64,000 bases of DNA, from contig CAZOVH010000002.1 of assembly GCA_964583675.1 (NCBI GenBank), forward strand, positions 71,548 through 135,547, read 5' to 3'. The notes below the pieces were generated by a model. It saw only the letters and a list, made by a program, of their open reading frames with translations. It had not been told where the DNA came from and searched no databases. This stretch comes from an uncultured Candidatus Saccharibacteria bacterium (GTDB lineage Bacteria > Patescibacteriota > Saccharimonadia > CAILAD01 > GCA-016700035). Positions 1 to 11,095 of the stretch are shown piece after piece. Every line of letters begins with the position of its first letter. The first letter of the stretch is position 1. The position numbers and the translations under genes are program-made.

Positions 1-35
1 AATCATTACCTTATCTTTTAGGCGAATCTTAAACA

Positions 36-404
36 TTAGAGTACCTCCGGTGCGAGTGAAACAATCTTCATGTATCCGCGATCGCGCAATTCTCGAGCAA
101 CTGGTCCGAAAATACGAGTTCCGCGAGGTTGGCCCTGCTTGTCGATAATTACTGCAGCATTTTCATCAAAACGGATAGCACTACCATCGGCGCGGGTGGT
201 AATTTTTGTGGCTCGCACTACAACCGCCTGGACAACTTCTTTTTTCTTGACAGTGCCATTAGGAGTTGCCTGTTTTACAGAAGCTACAATAATGTCACCC
301 ACCATTGCATAACGACGACGTGAGCCACCAAGTACCTTGATGCACATAATCTTTTTAGCTCCAGTGTTGTCGGCAAGCTTAAGCATAGTCTGCGGCTGAA
401 TCAT
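36..404 (-). CDS. rplN: 50S ribosomal protein L14
   Basis: 122-aa [20 protein letters not shown]... matches the L14 family; sits at the distal end of the conserved S10/spc cluster order. Confidence 0.95.
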   Translation of the reverse strand: MIQPQTMLKLADNTGAKKIMCIKVLGGSRRRYAMVGDIIVASVKQATPNGTVKKKEVVQAVVVRATKITTRADGSAIRFDENAAVIIDKQGQPRGTRIFGPVARELRDRGYMKIVSLAPEVL

Positions 405-673
405 TTTCCAGACTCCTTTTTAGCGGACTTCTTCGCATCACCGTTCAGAACTTTAGCAACCGTAAAACGCTTCATGCGGCTCATTGGACGAGTTTCTTCA
501 ATTTCTACCATCGTGCCAACAGCCAACTCGTTAGTTTCATCATGTGCGTGAAAACGAGCAGTGGTTTTGTACTGCTTCCTGTAGATAGGGTGTGTCTTCA
601 AAGCTTCAACAGCCACAACTACGGTGTTCTGCATTTTGTTTGAAACTACTTTACCTGTAAGTTTTCTAGCCAT
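401..673 (-). CDS. rpsQ: 30S ribosomal protein S17
   Basis: 90 aa, [17 protein letters not shown]... S17 N-terminus; 4-nt overlap with rplN. Confidence 0.93.
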   Translation of the reverse strand: MARKLTGKVVSNKMQNTVVVAVEALKTHPIYRKQYKTTARFHAHDETNELAVGTMVEIEETRPMSRMKRFTVAKVLNGDAKKSAKKESGK

Positions 674-878
674 TATTTTTCTCCAGTTCCGCTAGTTCGC
701 GCTCGCTTGTAATAGTAAGAGCTCGAGCCAGGTCGGTTTTTAGGTTGCGAATTGCTCGCACTTGCTTAACATCTTTGGTTTTAATTTCTACATAGCCTTC
801 AGCAATTTTCTGGCGAGTATCAGTAATAAACTTTGCCAGTTCAGCATCTGATTGCAGGCGGATTTCACGAATCTTCAT
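666..878 (-). CDS. rpmC: 50S ribosomal protein L29
   Basis: 70-aa alpha-helical protein in the conserved position between L16 and S17. Confidence 0.85.
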   Translation of the reverse strand: MKIREIRLQSDAELAKFITDTRQKIAEGYVEIKTKDVKQVRAIRNLKTDLARALTITSERELAELEKNNG

Positions 879-880
879 AA

Positions 881-1300
881 CTATTCTCCAACTCCCTCAC
901 GAACAATAAAACGAGTCTTCATTGGAAGCTTTCGTCCAGCCAAACGCATGGCCTCTTTCGCAACATCTTCACTAACTCCATCGAGTTCAAACACGATTTT
1001 GCCGGCCTGAACCTTGGCAACGTAATGATCAACGGCACCTTTACCAGATCCCATGCGAACTTCGTTTGGCTTCTTGGTAACTGGCGTATGTGGAAACACA
1101 CGAATCCAAACCTTACCACCACGCTTGATGTAGCGAGTCATGGCACGACGAGCAGCTTCGATTTGACGAGATGTCAGGCGCTCATTTTCAAGAGCACGCA
1201 AACCATAGCGCCCGAACGAAATCTCGGTGCCGCGAGTTGCCTCACCGCGATTCTTGCCCTTAAAGGTTTTACGGAATTTAGTCTTGCGCGGAAGTAACAT
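881..1300 (-). CDS. rplP: 50S ribosomal protein L16
   Basis: 139 aa; [11 protein letters not shown]...[12 protein letters not shown]16 signature. Confidence 0.95.
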   Translation of the reverse strand: MLLPRKTKFRKTFKGKNRGEATRGTEISFGRYGLRALENERLTSRQIEAARRAMTRYIKRGGKVWIRVFPHTPVTKKPNEVRMGSGKGAVDHYVAKVQAGKIVFELDGVSEDVAKEAMRLAGRKLPMKTRFIVREGVGE

Positions 1301-1926
1301 TACTTATCCTCTCCCGTATAGATCCAGGCCTTCACGCCGATAATACCAAAAGTCGTATGGGCTTCTGCACTAGCATAACTAATGTTGGCGCGGATGGTGT
1401 GAAGCGGGATGGAGCCCAATGCAACACTTTCAGTACGAGCCATGTCGGCGCCGTTCAAACGACCACCAACCTGAACCTTGGCACCAAGTGCTCCGGCTTT
1501 CATGGAGTTTTCGGCAGCATTCTTGAGTACGCGGCGGAATGGCATGCGGCGCTCGAGGGCACTAGCAATATTATTGGCAACCAATTGAGCTTCGAGATCT
1601 GGCTGGCGAATTTCTTCTATATTTACACGCAACTTGCCTTCAACAACTTTGGTGAGTTCTTTCTTGAGAGCTTCGGCACCAGAGCCACCACGACCAATAA
1701 CAACACCAGGTTTGGCAGTATAAATGCTCACCACTACTTCACCCGTGTTGCGCTCAATTTCCACACGAGCTACGGATGCACGAAAACCGAGCATCTTACC
1801 AATAATTTCGCGAATTTTAAGGTCTTCCTTTAAGAGGGTGCGGTATTCACGACCAGCAAACCAGCGACTGCGCCAATTACGGTCAGCCTGCAATCGCATT
1901 GAAATTGGATTAATTTTTTGTCCCAT
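1300..1926 (-). CDS. rpsC: 30S ribosomal protein S3
   Basis: 208 aa; MGQKINP... KH-domain S3 pattern; conserved gene order. Confidence 0.95.
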   Translation of the reverse strand: MGQKINPISMRLQADRNWRSRWFAGREYRTLLKEDLKIREIIGKMLGFRASVARVEIERNTGEVVVSIYTAKPGVVIGRGGSGAEALKKELTKVVEGKLRVNIEEIRQPDLEAQLVANNIASALERRMPFRRVLKNAAENSMKAGALGAKVQVGGRLNGADMARTESVALGSIPLHTIRANISYASAEAHTTFGIIGVKAWIYTGEDK

Positions 1927-1929
1927 AAC

Positions 1930-2343
1930 TTACGCTTCCTTCCCACTTGCAGTTAGTTGCTTCTTAGGAGTTTTTTCCACTTTTTTAGCTGAACGCTTTT
2001 TTTCAACAGCAGCCTCATCGGTAACTACAACCGTAAGATGTGACATACGGTGCAAGATTGGTGCAGCCATACCACGAGAACGTGGACGGAAACGCTTCAG
2101 AGTTGGACCCTCATCAACCTTAATTTCGGCGACACGTAGACTACTTTTGCGAGCATTGTGATTATTTTCGGCATTAGCAACAGCGCTCTTCAGCGCTTCA
2201 GCTACCATGACTGAACCTTTTTTTGGCGTAGCTGCAAGCACCTGTTCAGCTTGAGCAACCTGCAGGCCGCGCACTAAATCAGCCGACAATCGCAGCTTGC
2301 GTGATGAAATCTTGAGATATTTGATAGAAGCGTGAGTTTTCAT
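1930..2343 (-). CDS. rplV: 50S ribosomal protein L22
   Basis: 137 aa, L22-like, between S19 and S3. Confidence 0.9.
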   Translation of the reverse strand: MKTHASIKYLKISSRKLRLSADLVRGLQVAQAEQVLAATPKKGSVMVAEALKSAVANAENNHNARKSSLRVAEIKVDEGPTLKRFRPRSRGMAAPILHRMSHLTVVVTDEAAVEKKRSAKKVEKTPKKQLTASGKEA

Positions 2344-2346
2344 AGT

Positions 2347-2622
2347 TTAACCTTGCTGTTTCGCCAGCTTACCGCCGTGCCCTTTAAACTTACGAGTTGG
2401 AGAAAATTCACCAAGCTTATGTCCAACCATGTTTTCGGTCACAAATACAGGAACATGAGTTTTGCCGTTATGTACGGCAATCGTCTTACCAACCATTTCA
2501 GGAGAAATTGAGCTAGCGCGCGCCCAGGTCTTGATGACGGTTTTGTCACTTGGACCAAGTGCAAGCACTTTTTTGAGAAGTTTGGCGTCTACGTATGGGC
2601 CTTTTTTCAGTGAACGGCTCAT
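2347..2622 (-). CDS. rpsS: 30S ribosomal protein S19
   Basis: 91 aa; [12 protein letters not shown]...GHKLGEF S19 signature. Confidence 0.95.
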   Translation of the reverse strand: MSRSLKKGPYVDAKLLKKVLALGPSDKTVIKTWARASSISPEMVGKTIAVHNGKTHVPVFVTENMVGHKLGEFSPTRKFKGHGGKLAKQQG

Positions 2623-3450
2623 TTATTTTCCTTTCCTATGGCGGATTATGTACTTATCAGTTGCCTTGCGACGACGAGTCTTGGCGCCGAGTGCAGGCTT
2701 ACCCCATGGTGTAACAGGACGCTTCAGACCAATTGAAGTACCACCTTCACCACCACCGTGCCGGTGATCGTTCGGGTTCATAGCCTTACCACGTACGGTT
2801 GGGCGAATACCCATGCGGCGCTTACGACCAGCAGAACCAACCTTAATGAGACTGTGACTTTCATTGCCAACACCACCGATTGTTGCGTAACACTCAACAC
2901 GAACCATGCGCATTTCGCCAGATGGGAGCTTAATTGTCGCCATTTCGCCTTCTTTGGCGGCAAGCTGAGCTTTGGTGCCAGCAGAACGAACAAGCTGTCC
3001 CCCCTTACCTGGAGTAAGTTCGATATTATATACTACGCTACCCACTGGGATTTCAGACAACGGCAAGCGGTTGTGTTCGCGAATTTCACCTTCGGCTGCA
3101 GCGGTAATAGTAGCGCCTACCTGCATACCAGAACCGGCGATAATGTAAGCCTTACGGCCTTTTTCGTCGCGAATGAGAGCAATGTTTGCCGATCGACCGG
3201 GATCATATTCGATAGCAACAATAGTTGCACTCTTCATGCCAGCTTGACGGAAGTCAACAATGCGAATGGCGCGCTTAGCACCACCACCGCGGTGACGAAC
3301 AGTAATCTTACCCTGATTATTACGACCAGCCTTTTGCTTGCGCTTAAGGATAAGAGATTTTTCTGGCTTCGTCTTGGTAATTTCATCAAAACGATCAACG
3401 CTCATGCCACGACGAGCAGAAGTATTACGCTTGAGTACGCGAATTGCCAT
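2623..3450 (-). CDS. rplB: 50S ribosomal protein L2
   Basis: 275 aa; canonical L2 with a GGG-rich C-terminus. Confidence 0.95.
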   Translation of the reverse strand: MAIRVLKRNTSARRGMSVDRFDEITKTKPEKSLILKRKQKAGRNNQGKITVRHRGGGAKRAIRIVDFRQAGMKSATIVAIEYDPGRSANIALIRDEKGRKAYIIAGSGMQVGATITAAAEGEIREHNRLPLSEIPVGSVVYNIELTPGKGGQLVRSAGTKAQLAAKEGEMATIKLPSGEMRMVRVECYATIGGVGNESHSLIKVGSAGRKRRMGIRPTVRGKAMNPNDHRHGGGEGGTSIGLKRPVTPWGKPALGAKTRRRKATDKYIIRHRKGK

Positions 3451-3797
3451 TACTTCTTCTCCTCTTTCTTAGCTTTTTCAGCAGCTTTTTTAGCCTTCTT
3501 GTCTTCCTTAGCTGGCTCTTCCTGACCAAGATCAAAAGCAGCAATCTTCTGACCTGCAGCAATCTGAACATAGGCCTTCTTCACGTCTACGCGGCGACCC
3601 TTCACCTGACGGAAACGCTTCTCTTTACCTTTGGCGATCGAAATACGTACATCGATAGGGTCAACTTTAAACTGATCTTTTACGGCACGAGCAACTTCGA
3701 TTTTGTTAGTACTCATTGGAACAGTAAAGGTGTACACACCCTTAGTGGCCTGCATAAGTGTTTTTTCTGTAATTTTGGGTACAATTACAAGACTCAT
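3450..3797 (-). CDS. rplW: 50S ribosomal protein L23 with a Lys-rich C-terminal tail
   Basis: 115 aa; L23 core plus a KK/AEKAKKEEKK tail. Confidence 0.9.
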   Translation of the reverse strand: MSLVIVPKITEKTLMQATKGVYTFTVPMSTNKIEVARAVKDQFKVDPIDVRISIAKGKEKRFRQVKGRRVDVKKAYVQIAAGQKIAAFDLGQEEPAKEDKKAKKAAEKAKKEEKK

Positions 3798-4423
3798 TTC
3801 TGACCTCCTAGCCAGGTAGAAATTGCTTCGAGTCCAGGCTTATCAACGAGAATAGTATCAGCGTTCATAATATCAAAAGCTGTCAGCTGGCTCACGAGGC
3901 GGTACTGCACTTGAGTAAGATTGGCAACTGAACGAACAGTCTTTTGATCAACTACTGCAACTACCACAAGAATACTTCCAGTAAAACCAAGCTTGGCAAT
4001 TAATGCTTGCGCATCCTTTGTTTTACCACTAGCAACTTCAAACGCTTCGATAGTCGATACTTGCTTAGCTTTTGCCGAAAGAGCATGCGCAATACTGGCA
4101 CGAATAGCCTTCTTTGGCATTTCTACTGAGTAATTCTGCTCACCGGTTGGCCCAAAAATAGTACCACCACCACGCCAGAGCGGGTTGCGAATAGAGCCGG
4201 TACGGGCGCGACCAGTACCTTTTTGTCGCCATGGCTTTTTACCACCACCACGAACTTCGCCGCGCGTCTTAGTCTTAGCCGTTGCCTGACGGGCGTTAGA
4301 GAGAGTACGGAGATATGCCTGCTTCAATAGTTCAGGAGTTACTTCGCGACCAAATACGGCCTTATCAAGGGTAACTTCAGCCGAAGCTTTTGAGCCAGTT
4401 TTGGTGTATGCTGCTACCTTCAT
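3794..4423 (-). CDS. rplD: 50S ribosomal protein L4
   Basis: 209 aa, L4-like, in the conserved position. Confidence 0.9.
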   Translation of the reverse strand: MKVAAYTKTGSKASAEVTLDKAVFGREVTPELLKQAYLRTLSNARQATAKTKTRGEVRGGGKKPWRQKGTGRARTGSIRNPLWRGGGTIFGPTGEQNYSVEMPKKAIRASIAHALSAKAKQVSTIEAFEVASGKTKDAQALIAKLGFTGSILVVVAVVDQKTVRSVANLTQVQYRLVSQLTAFDIMNADTILVDKPGLEAISTWLGGQK

Positions 4424-5055
4424 GCTTGCGCTCCTCGAATAAGAATTAAACTCTTATTTGGGCCAGGAACGGCGCCCTTTACAGCAATAAGATTCTGCTC
4501 AACATCTACTAAAGCGACCTTGAGATTCTTCACAGTTACTTGCTCGTGACCCATGTGGCCGGCCATCTTAATACCCTTCATAACGTGCTGCGGGTAACCA
4601 GCGCCGATCGAACCAGGTGCGCGATAATTACGTGAACCGTGAGTTTTAGGTCCGCGATGGAAGTTATGGCGCTTAATGGTTCCAGCAAAGCCTTTACCCT
4701 TAGATACACCAGTTACAGCAACCATTTCTCCAGCTTCAAAAATATCAGCCTGAATTGTATCACCTACTTTTGGAGCCGTTTCTCCCTCAACGTCAGTTGT
4801 GCGAACCTCTACAAGGTGTTTAGATTTCGCGCCACTGGCCTTGAGGTGACCAGCCTTAGATTTCGCATGACCCTTAAGGATTTGCTTATCTTCACCGAAC
4901 CCAATTTGAGCTGCGGTATAGCCATCATTTTCCATGGTCTTAAGCTGAGTCACTACACAAGGACCAGCCTGAAGTACGGTTACAGGCTGCAAACGACCTT
5001 CGGCATCAAAGATCTGTGTCATTCCAACTTTTTTGGCCAAGATGGCTTTCATTAT
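4420..5055 (-). CDS. rplC: 50S ribosomal protein L3
   Basis: MKAILAKKVGMTQIFD... L3 N-terminus; start chosen at the internal ATG (5055) rather than the extended ORF start at 5094. Confidence 0.92.
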   Translation of the reverse strand: MMKAILAKKVGMTQIFDAEGRLQPVTVLQAGPCVVTQLKTMENDGYTAAQIGFGEDKQILKGHAKSKAGHLKASGAKSKHLVEVRTTDVEGETAPKVGDTIQADIFEAGEMVAVTGVSKGKGFAGTIKRHNFHRGPKTHGSRNYRAPGSIGAGYPQHVMKGIKMAGHMGHEQVTVKNLKVALVDVEQNLIAVKGAVPGPNKSLILIRGAQA

Positions 5056-5296
5056 GGTGTTAGTTCGCTTTCTTCTTAAAACAAAGGCTGGCAAGCGGAT
5101 TGGTTTCCAGGTATCTGGACCTAATCACTTCCCAGAAATATTTAGTCAACGAGAGATAGTTTATCAGGTTTACACCAGATATGTCAAGAAGAAACACTGA
5201 TTATTTCACACTCAAGCGAATAAGCATTGACAAAACCTTTTTTTTATTGCTATATTTGGAGTCGCATTTGTACCTACAACTCGAGGATTGTACACC

Positions 5297-5707
5297 ATGC
5301 CCGACGAAACTCTCCCTATCGACTTCAGGTTTGCCGTCAATATCGGCCGCGTGAACGGTTACCCAGTGCAGGTCCGCTACTTCGTTCGCAAGCCTCATGA
5401 CATCGGTGCTCTCTCCAAGACAGTGGACCTTCAGCACCAGAATCCTCGCCTACGCAGCATGGTGGAGGAGAGCATCAAGCAGCGATACGGCACAGACACC
5501 CAGCCACTTCGCGTTTCTGCGCAGAACCGACGAGGATTGGAGATGACTATCGAGCAGGACATCCCGCGTCACTTCTCCATCATCATGCTCACCGACGAGG
5601 ATGATAGCCGCATCGTTGAAGCTGTCAGGGTCTTGATGACGGCTATCACGCCCAGCCTGGATGCGGCCGAGATGCTCGAGCTCACCCAAACCATACCGCT
5701 TTCATAG
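5297..5707 (+). CDS. hypothetical acidic protein (high GC), inserted antisense between rpsJ and rplC
   Basis: ATG at 5297 sits 9 nt after a GAGGA RBS; a TTGACA-18-TATATT promoter lies at about 5228-5262; GC roughly 57% against about 48% in flanking ribosomal genes; no recognisable domain. Confidence 0.5.
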   Translation: MPDETLPIDFRFAVNIGRVNGYPVQVRYFVRKPHDIGALSKTVDLQHQNPRLRSMVEESIKQRYGTDTQPLRVSAQNRRGLEMTIEQDIPRHFSIIMLTDEDDSRIVEAVRVLMTAITPSLDAAEMLELTQTIPLS

Positions 5708-5712
5708 CGGCT

Positions 5713-5778
5713 CCCCAGACTATACACAGTCTGGGGTATTTTATTACTAAAAAATCCCCAACTGAACGGGGATTTTTT
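5713..5778. terminator. tandem bidirectional rho-independent terminators
   Basis: Hairpin CCCCAGACT-N-AGTCTGGGG followed by TATTTTATT, then ATCCCC-N-GGGGAT followed by TTTTTT; A-tracts upstream give function on both strands. Confidence 0.7.
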
Positions 5779-5799
5779 AGATAAACTGCTGGTTGCAGA

Positions 5800-6117
5800 C
5801 TACATTTTGATTTCGATATCGACGCCAGCTGGCAAAGATAGATTCATAAGCGAGTCAATAGTCTTTGGAGTTGGCTCGGTGATGTCGATAAGCCGCTTGT
5901 GCGTTCGCATCTCGAAAGCCTCGTGGCTGTCCTTAAAGATGTGAGGACTACGGATGACAGTGGTGGTGTGCCGATCGGTTGGCAACGGAACTGGACCAGC
6001 AACCTGGGCACCAGTGCGGATTGCGGTGTCGATAATTTGCTTTGTCGACTGATCAATCACCTTATTGTCATAGGCTTTGAGTCGGATGCGGATGCGTTGA
6101 GCGGTTTTTTCTACCAT
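5800..6117 (-). CDS. rpsJ: 30S ribosomal protein S10
   Basis: 105 aa; [17 protein letters not shown]... S10. Confidence 0.95.
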   Translation of the reverse strand: MVEKTAQRIRIRLKAYDNKVIDQSTKQIIDTAIRTGAQVAGPVPLPTDRHTTTVIRSPHIFKDSHEAFEMRTHKRLIDITEPTPKTIDSLMNLSLPAGVDIEIKM

Positions 6118-6126
6118 AGTGTTGCT

Positions 6127-7332
6127 TTACTTAGTAATCTTCGTTACAACACCAGCGCCAACGGTACGCCCACCTTCGCGAATCGCAAAGCGGAGACCTT
6201 CATCCATGGCAATAGGAGCGAGGAGCTTAACCGAACAGTTGATGTTATCACCTGGCATTACCATCTTAGTACCTTCTGGAAGCTTCACTTCACCAGTAAC
6301 ATCGGTGGTACGGAAGTAGAACTGTGGCTTGTAGCCGTCTACGAAAGGAGTGTGGCGTCCGCCTTCATCCTTAGTAAGTACGTATACTTCAGCTTCAAAC
6401 TCAGTGTGAGGAGTGATTGAACCTGGCTTAGAGATAACCTGACCACGCTCAATCTGGGTGCGCTCAATACCACGAAGCAAGAGACCAACGTTATCACCAG
6501 CCTGACCTTCGTTCAGCATCTTGCGGAACATTTCTACACCGGTAACAACTGTCTTTTGATTGTCTTTAATACCAACAATCTCAACTTCTTCGTTAACGTT
6601 TACCTTACCTTGCTCAATACGACCGGTGGCAACAGTACCACGACCTTTAATGGAGAATACGTCTTCGATTGGCATAAGGAATGGCTTATCAAGTTCGCGC
6701 TCTGGCTGTGGAAGGTACTCATCCATAGCCTTAACGAGCTCCATGATTGAGTCTTCGGCAGCTGCATCACCTTCGAGAGCCTTAAGCGCCGAACCCTTAA
6801 CGATTGGGCAGTCAGCGTCGAATTCGTTCTTTTCGAGAAGTTCACGAATTTCAACTTCTACGAGCTCTGCAAGCTCTGGGTCGGCCTGATCCATTTTGTT
6901 CATGTATACGAGAATCTTTGGAACACCAACCTGACGAGCCAAGAGAACGTGCTCGCGGGTCTGAGGCATTGGACCGTCAGCAGCAGAAACCACCAAGATA
7001 GCGCCGTCAACCTGGGCAGCGCCGGTGATCATGTTTTTAACATAGTCAGCGTGACCTGGCATATCGACGTGTGCGTAGTGACGGTTCTCCGATTCATACT
7101 CCTGGTGGGAGGTAGCAATGGTAATACCACGCTCTCGCTCTTCTGGGGCCTTATCGATTTCGTCGTAAGCAACTGATTTGTTTACGTCTGATGGTAGTTT
7201 CTTTGCAAGTACAGCAGTAATTGCTGCTGTAAGAGTGGTCTTACCATGGTCAACGTGACCCATGGTACCAACGTTAATGTGCGGTTTGTCGCGCTTAAAT
7301 TCTGCAGCCACGAACTTCTCCTTTGTATACAA
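6127..7332 (-). CDS. tuf: elongation factor Tu
   Basis: 401 aa; [33 protein letters not shown] GTPase motifs. Confidence 0.97.
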   Translation of the reverse strand: MYTKEKFVAAEFKRDKPHINVGTMGHVDHGKTTLTAAITAVLAKKLPSDVNKSVAYDEIDKAPEERERGITIATSHQEYESENRHYAHVDMPGHADYVKNMITGAAQVDGAILVVSAADGPMPQTREHVLLARQVGVPKILVYMNKMDQADPELAELVEVEIRELLEKNEFDADCPIVKGSALKALEGDAAAEDSIMELVKAMDEYLPQPERELDKPFLMPIEDVFSIKGRGTVATGRIEQGKVNVNEEVEIVGIKDNQKTVVTGVEMFRKMLNEGQAGDNVGLLLRGIERTQIERGQVISKPGSITPHTEFEAEVYVLTKDEGGRHTPFVDGYKPQFYFRTTDVTGEVKLPEGTKMVMPGDNINCSVKLLAPIAMDEGLRFAIREGGRTVGAGVVTKITK

Positions 7333-7468
7333 TTAGTGATTAATGATTAATTTTGTGACTAAGACAAGAAAAATTGCCTGTTTGTCACAGGACTGACTCA
7401 TTGTAAGGGTTTTTCTTGTATTTGTAAAGAGAAAACGTCTCGAGTACTCCTCGAGACGCACTATTGAT

Positions 7469-7972
7469 TCACTCACCATTTTCAAACTCATCGAAAATAG
7501 CCACTTCTTCGACTCGACCGTGACTATTAAGGATCCATGCATCCTCAATACGAGCCTGCCCGTAACTCGCCACCCAGATGCGTACTCCATAAAAAGCCAG
7601 CCAGCGTGAGATGAGAACAGCCGGACCCAAGGTAGCCAGCGCAATAACCATGAATTCGCGGTAGGTATACTCGTCGACATAGTCCAGCTGCACAATGAAC
7701 ATGCCAAGAACAACAATACTGGCCATCACACCAGCGATCGGAATCAGAATCACTTCATCGAATTCTTTCTGAAACCCGGAGAAATCTCCATCGATAAAGC
7801 GCTGCCACTTCCACTTCTCAAGGCGAGGACCAAGCGCCCGCTCACGGCGTCGTGCTGCCTTCACCTGATCGTGAAACTTTCGATCGAACTCATGCTGTTC
7901 TGCATCAGTATCCACACGACTTGGATAGATACTGAAGAGCCTCATCATCTCAAAGTTTTCCCAAGGAAACAC
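7469..7972 (-). CDS. hypothetical membrane protein inserted between fusA and tuf
   Basis: 167 aa with two predicted TM helices; GTG start 4-5 nt after AGGAGG; TTGAAA-18-TATAGT promoter overlapping the fusA terminator; own terminator hairpin CGTCTCGAG-N5-CTCGAGACG at 7437-7459. Confidence 0.45.
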   Translation of the reverse strand: MFPWENFEMMRLFSIYPSRVDTDAEQHEFDRKFHDQVKAARRRERALGPRLEKWKWQRFIDGDFSGFQKEFDEVILIPIAGVMASIVVLGMFIVQLDYVDEYTYREFMVIALATLGPAVLISRWLAFYGVRIWVASYGQARIEDAWILNSHGRVEEVAIFDEFENGE

Positions 7973-8012
7973 GGCTCCTCCTAAGGTACAAGATGGACAA
8001 GACTATACGCCA

Positions 8013-8048
8013 AAAGCGCCCCGACTTTCAAGGGCGCTTTTATTTTTT
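8013..8048. terminator. fusA terminator (bidirectional)
   Basis: GCGCCC-N-GGGCGC hairpin followed by TTTTATTTTTT. Confidence 0.65.
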
Positions 8049-8066
8049 GAGAAAACAATATATCTG

Positions 8067-10172
8067 TTACTCAGATTTTGCGGCGGCACTCTTGCCGATA
8101 AGCTCCTCCGCAATATTGTGTGGAACTTCGGCGTAGTGGTCAAATTCCATCGAGTAACTGGCTCGACCCTGAGTCATAGAACGAACAGTTGTGGCATAAC
8201 CAAACATTTCGGAAAGCGGAACAAAGCCGTCGATAATTTTTGCACCCAAACGATCTTCCATCTTTTCGATGCGACCGCGCTTAGAGTTCATATCACCCAC
8301 TACGTCACCCATGAATTCTTCAGGAGTCGTTACTTCAACTTTCATAACAGGCTCGAGAATGACTGGGTCGGCCTTCCGCACACCTTCTTGTAATGCCATC
8401 GATCCAGCGATCTTGAAAGCCATTTCTGACGAGTCAACTTCGTGGTATGAGCCGTCATACAACTTAGCTTTTACGTCAACTACCGGGTAACCAGCAAGCA
8501 CACCATTGCCCATGGCTTCTTTAATGCCTTCATCGACCGGCTTAATGTATTCACGAGGAACTACACCGCCAACAATGGCATTTTCAAACTCGTAGGTTGG
8601 CTTATCACCTTCAATGTCCTCAGCATGCACGAGCGGACTCACTTCAATCCAAACGTGTCCGTACTGACCGCGACCACCAGATTGGCGTACAAACTTTCCT
8701 TCTACCTGAACCGTCTTACGGATAGTCTCACGATATGCAACTTGCGGACGACCGACATTTGCCTCTACCTTAAATTCTCGCTTCATACGATCAACAAGCA
8801 CTTCGAGGTGAAGCTCACCCATTCCAGAGATGAGAGTCTGTCCAGCTTCGTTATCGGAGCTCACGCGGAAAGTCGGATCTTCTTCCGCCAGACGCGAGAG
8901 CGCCAATGACATCTTTTCTTGGTCGGCCTTAGTCTTTGGCTCTACAGCAATCTGAATAACTGGCTCAGGGAACGTAATTTGTTCGAGGATTACCGCATGT
9001 CCAACCTCACACAAGGTGTGACCAGTCATAGTGTTCTTAAGACCAACTGCTGCAGCAATTTCACCGGCATACACCTCCTGCACTTCTTCACGCTGATTAG
9101 CATGCATACGCAAGATACGACCGATACGCTCTTTTTCTCCCGTTGAGCTATTGAGAACATACGAACCACTCTTAAGAGTCCCAGCATAAATGCGGAAGAA
9201 GCAGAGCTTACCTACAAATGGGTCTGTCGCAATCTTGAAAGCCAAACCAACGAATGGTACATCATCGGCAACCTTGAGCACTTCCTGTTCGCCAGTCTTG
9301 ACGTTGTCAGCTAGTGGAGCGGCAATATCAAGTGGAGTTGGTAAGTAGTCTACAACAATATCCAAAAGCTTCTCGACGATTACGCCGCGGCCATCACCAC
9401 CGGATACGATGAAGAATTCACCCGAGAGTACGCTCTTACGAATGCAAGACTTAATCTCATCTTCGCTAAGCTCAGTACCTTCGAGGTATTTTTCCATAAT
9501 CGCGTCATCAGCTTCCACAGCAGCTTCAATGAGGTGTTGACGGTAGCGCTCGGCTTTTTCCTTCATATCTTCAGGAATTTCACCTTCAACCAGCTCTTTG
9601 TCCTTATATTCGGTATAGGTGTAAGCCTTCATGGCAATCAGGTCAACAATGCCATTGATAGACTGCTCTTCGCCAATTGGCAGGTGGATTGGATAGGCTC
9701 GCTTGGTTAGACGAGCATGAATTGACTCAAGGCTCTTATAAAAATCTCCACCAGTCTGATTGATCTTATTGATAAAACAAATGCGAGGCACGCCATACTT
9801 GTTAGCCTGGCGCCATACAGTTTCAGACTGTGGCTCTACACCCATTTTACCGTCAAAAACCGTTACCGCTCCGTCGAGTACACGTAAAGAACGCTCAACT
9901 TCTACAGTAAAGTCGATGTGGCCAGGTGTATCAATAATATTAATGCGCTTACCATTCCAGAAGCAGGTGGTCGCAGCCGAAGTAATAGTAATTCCACGCT
10001 CGCGTTCCTGCTCCATCCAGTCCATGGTGGCTTCACCTTCGTGCACTTCACCAATCTTGTGAGTCTTACCCGTACGGTAAAGCACACCTTCAGTAACGGT
10101 CGTTTTACCAGCATCGATGTGAGCAATAATACCAATGTTACGTGTGTTTTCGAGAGAATATTCGCGAGCCAT
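8067..10172 (-). CDS. fusA: elongation factor G
   Basis: 701 aa; [17 protein letters not shown] GTPase motifs and EF-G domain order. Confidence 0.97.
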   Translation of the reverse strand: MAREYSLENTRNIGIIAHIDAGKTTVTEGVLYRTGKTHKIGEVHEGEATMDWMEQERERGITITSAATTCFWNGKRINIIDTPGHIDFTVEVERSLRVLDGAVTVFDGKMGVEPQSETVWRQANKYGVPRICFINKINQTGGDFYKSLESIHARLTKRAYPIHLPIGEEQSINGIVDLIAMKAYTYTEYKDKELVEGEIPEDMKEKAERYRQHLIEAAVEADDAIMEKYLEGTELSEDEIKSCIRKSVLSGEFFIVSGGDGRGVIVEKLLDIVVDYLPTPLDIAAPLADNVKTGEQEVLKVADDVPFVGLAFKIATDPFVGKLCFFRIYAGTLKSGSYVLNSSTGEKERIGRILRMHANQREEVQEVYAGEIAAAVGLKNTMTGHTLCEVGHAVILEQITFPEPVIQIAVEPKTKADQEKMSLALSRLAEEDPTFRVSSDNEAGQTLISGMGELHLEVLVDRMKREFKVEANVGRPQVAYRETIRKTVQVEGKFVRQSGGRGQYGHVWIEVSPLVHAEDIEGDKPTYEFENAIVGGVVPREYIKPVDEGIKEAMGNGVLAGYPVVDVKAKLYDGSYHEVDSSEMAFKIAGSMALQEGVRKADPVILEPVMKVEVTTPEEFMGDVVGDMNSKRGRIEKMEDRLGAKIIDGFVPLSEMFGYATTVRSMTQGRASYSMEFDHYAEVPHNIAEELIGKSAAAKSE

Positions 10173-10285
10173 AAAAATCCTTATTTATCTATATTAGTGA
10201 TGAATAGCGCAAACCAAAAAAATAGCGCGTGGCGCGTATCAGATACATACTAGCATATAACCAACGCTCCGACAACTCTATAAGT

Positions 10286-10314
10286 GTTTGACAGACATGC
10301 CTTTTCCTCGTATA
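10286..10314 (+). promoter_or_regulatory. sigma70-type promoter TTGACA-17-TATAGT
   Basis: Perfect -35 with a 17-bp spacer, upstream of the 10360 ORF. Confidence 0.6.
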
Positions 10315-10359
10315 GTTAGCCGTTGAAATCGCACCTTCATTTCTGGAGAGGAATTCCCC

Positions 10360-11061
10360 ATGACCTCAGCAGTCCGCAAGTCGACACCAACCAAGCGAGT
10401 CAACCCCAAGATCCATTTCGAGACGAGCTCACGCCCCTCATCGGGCGCGATGAACCTCCTGGGCTGGGTCGCTGACAACCCACTGATTACCCACGTCTCT
10501 GTCGAAGCTGGGAAGCGTACCGCTCGGGCCGCTGGCCCAGTCAGGCTACGCATCATTGGCGGCACAGCGGATGCAGTGAAGATCACTATCTGCTGTGATG
10601 GCCTGCAGCATACTGCCAGGATGACGTATCAACGAGGAGAAACAAGATCAGTTCTCGAATATCTTCGCAAAACGTCAGCGCTAGAGTACGATCGGACTAC
10701 TCGACAGGATTTCTGCGCCTTCTGTGACAGCCTGCTGCCCGCTAACCACGGCGGAAACCGTAACCACCCCTGGCGTATCAGCAACTGCCATCGAATCTTC
10801 ATCAAGCCCGATGAACCGATGTGCGACAGCTGTCTTGATCGAGAACAAGAGTACGCCGCTGATGAGGATGGACCCACAGCTGAGGATAATGATTTCTCGC
10901 CTGAGGCAGCCTACCCGGGGCGAGCTCAATCAGCTGCTAATGCTCCGCGCATGACTTCCGAGGAATTCCAGGAGCAACTTCGTTCTGAAGTTGTGGCCGC
11001 TGCGGATCGCGAAGCCGCAAAGAAGCGCAAGCCCTGGTGGCGCCGACTTCGTAGCAAGTAA
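10360..11061 (+). CDS. hypothetical Cys/His-rich protein (high GC) with an HNH-like NCHR motif
   Basis: 233 aa; CAFCDSLL...NHGG...NCHRIF...CDSC; GGAG RBS; GC about 58-60%; strong terminator downstream. Confidence 0.5.
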   Translation: MTSAVRKSTPTKRVNPKIHFETSSRPSSGAMNLLGWVADNPLITHVSVEAGKRTARAAGPVRLRIIGGTADAVKITICCDGLQHTARMTYQRGETRSVLEYLRKTSALEYDRTTRQDFCAFCDSLLPANHGGNRNHPWRISNCHRIFIKPDEPMCDSCLDREQEYAADEDGPTAEDNDFSPEAAYPGRAQSAANAPRMTSEEFQEQLRSEVVAAADREAAKKRKPWWRRLRSK

Positions 11062-11066
11062 TCCCC

Positions 11067-11095
11067 GCCCCGACACATTGTCGGGGTTATTTTTT
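11067..11095. terminator. bidirectional terminator shared by convergent genes
   Basis: CCCCGACA-cat-TGTCGGGG then TTATTTTTT; preceded by AAAAAA on the opposite strand (ABC-F stop). Confidence 0.75.
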
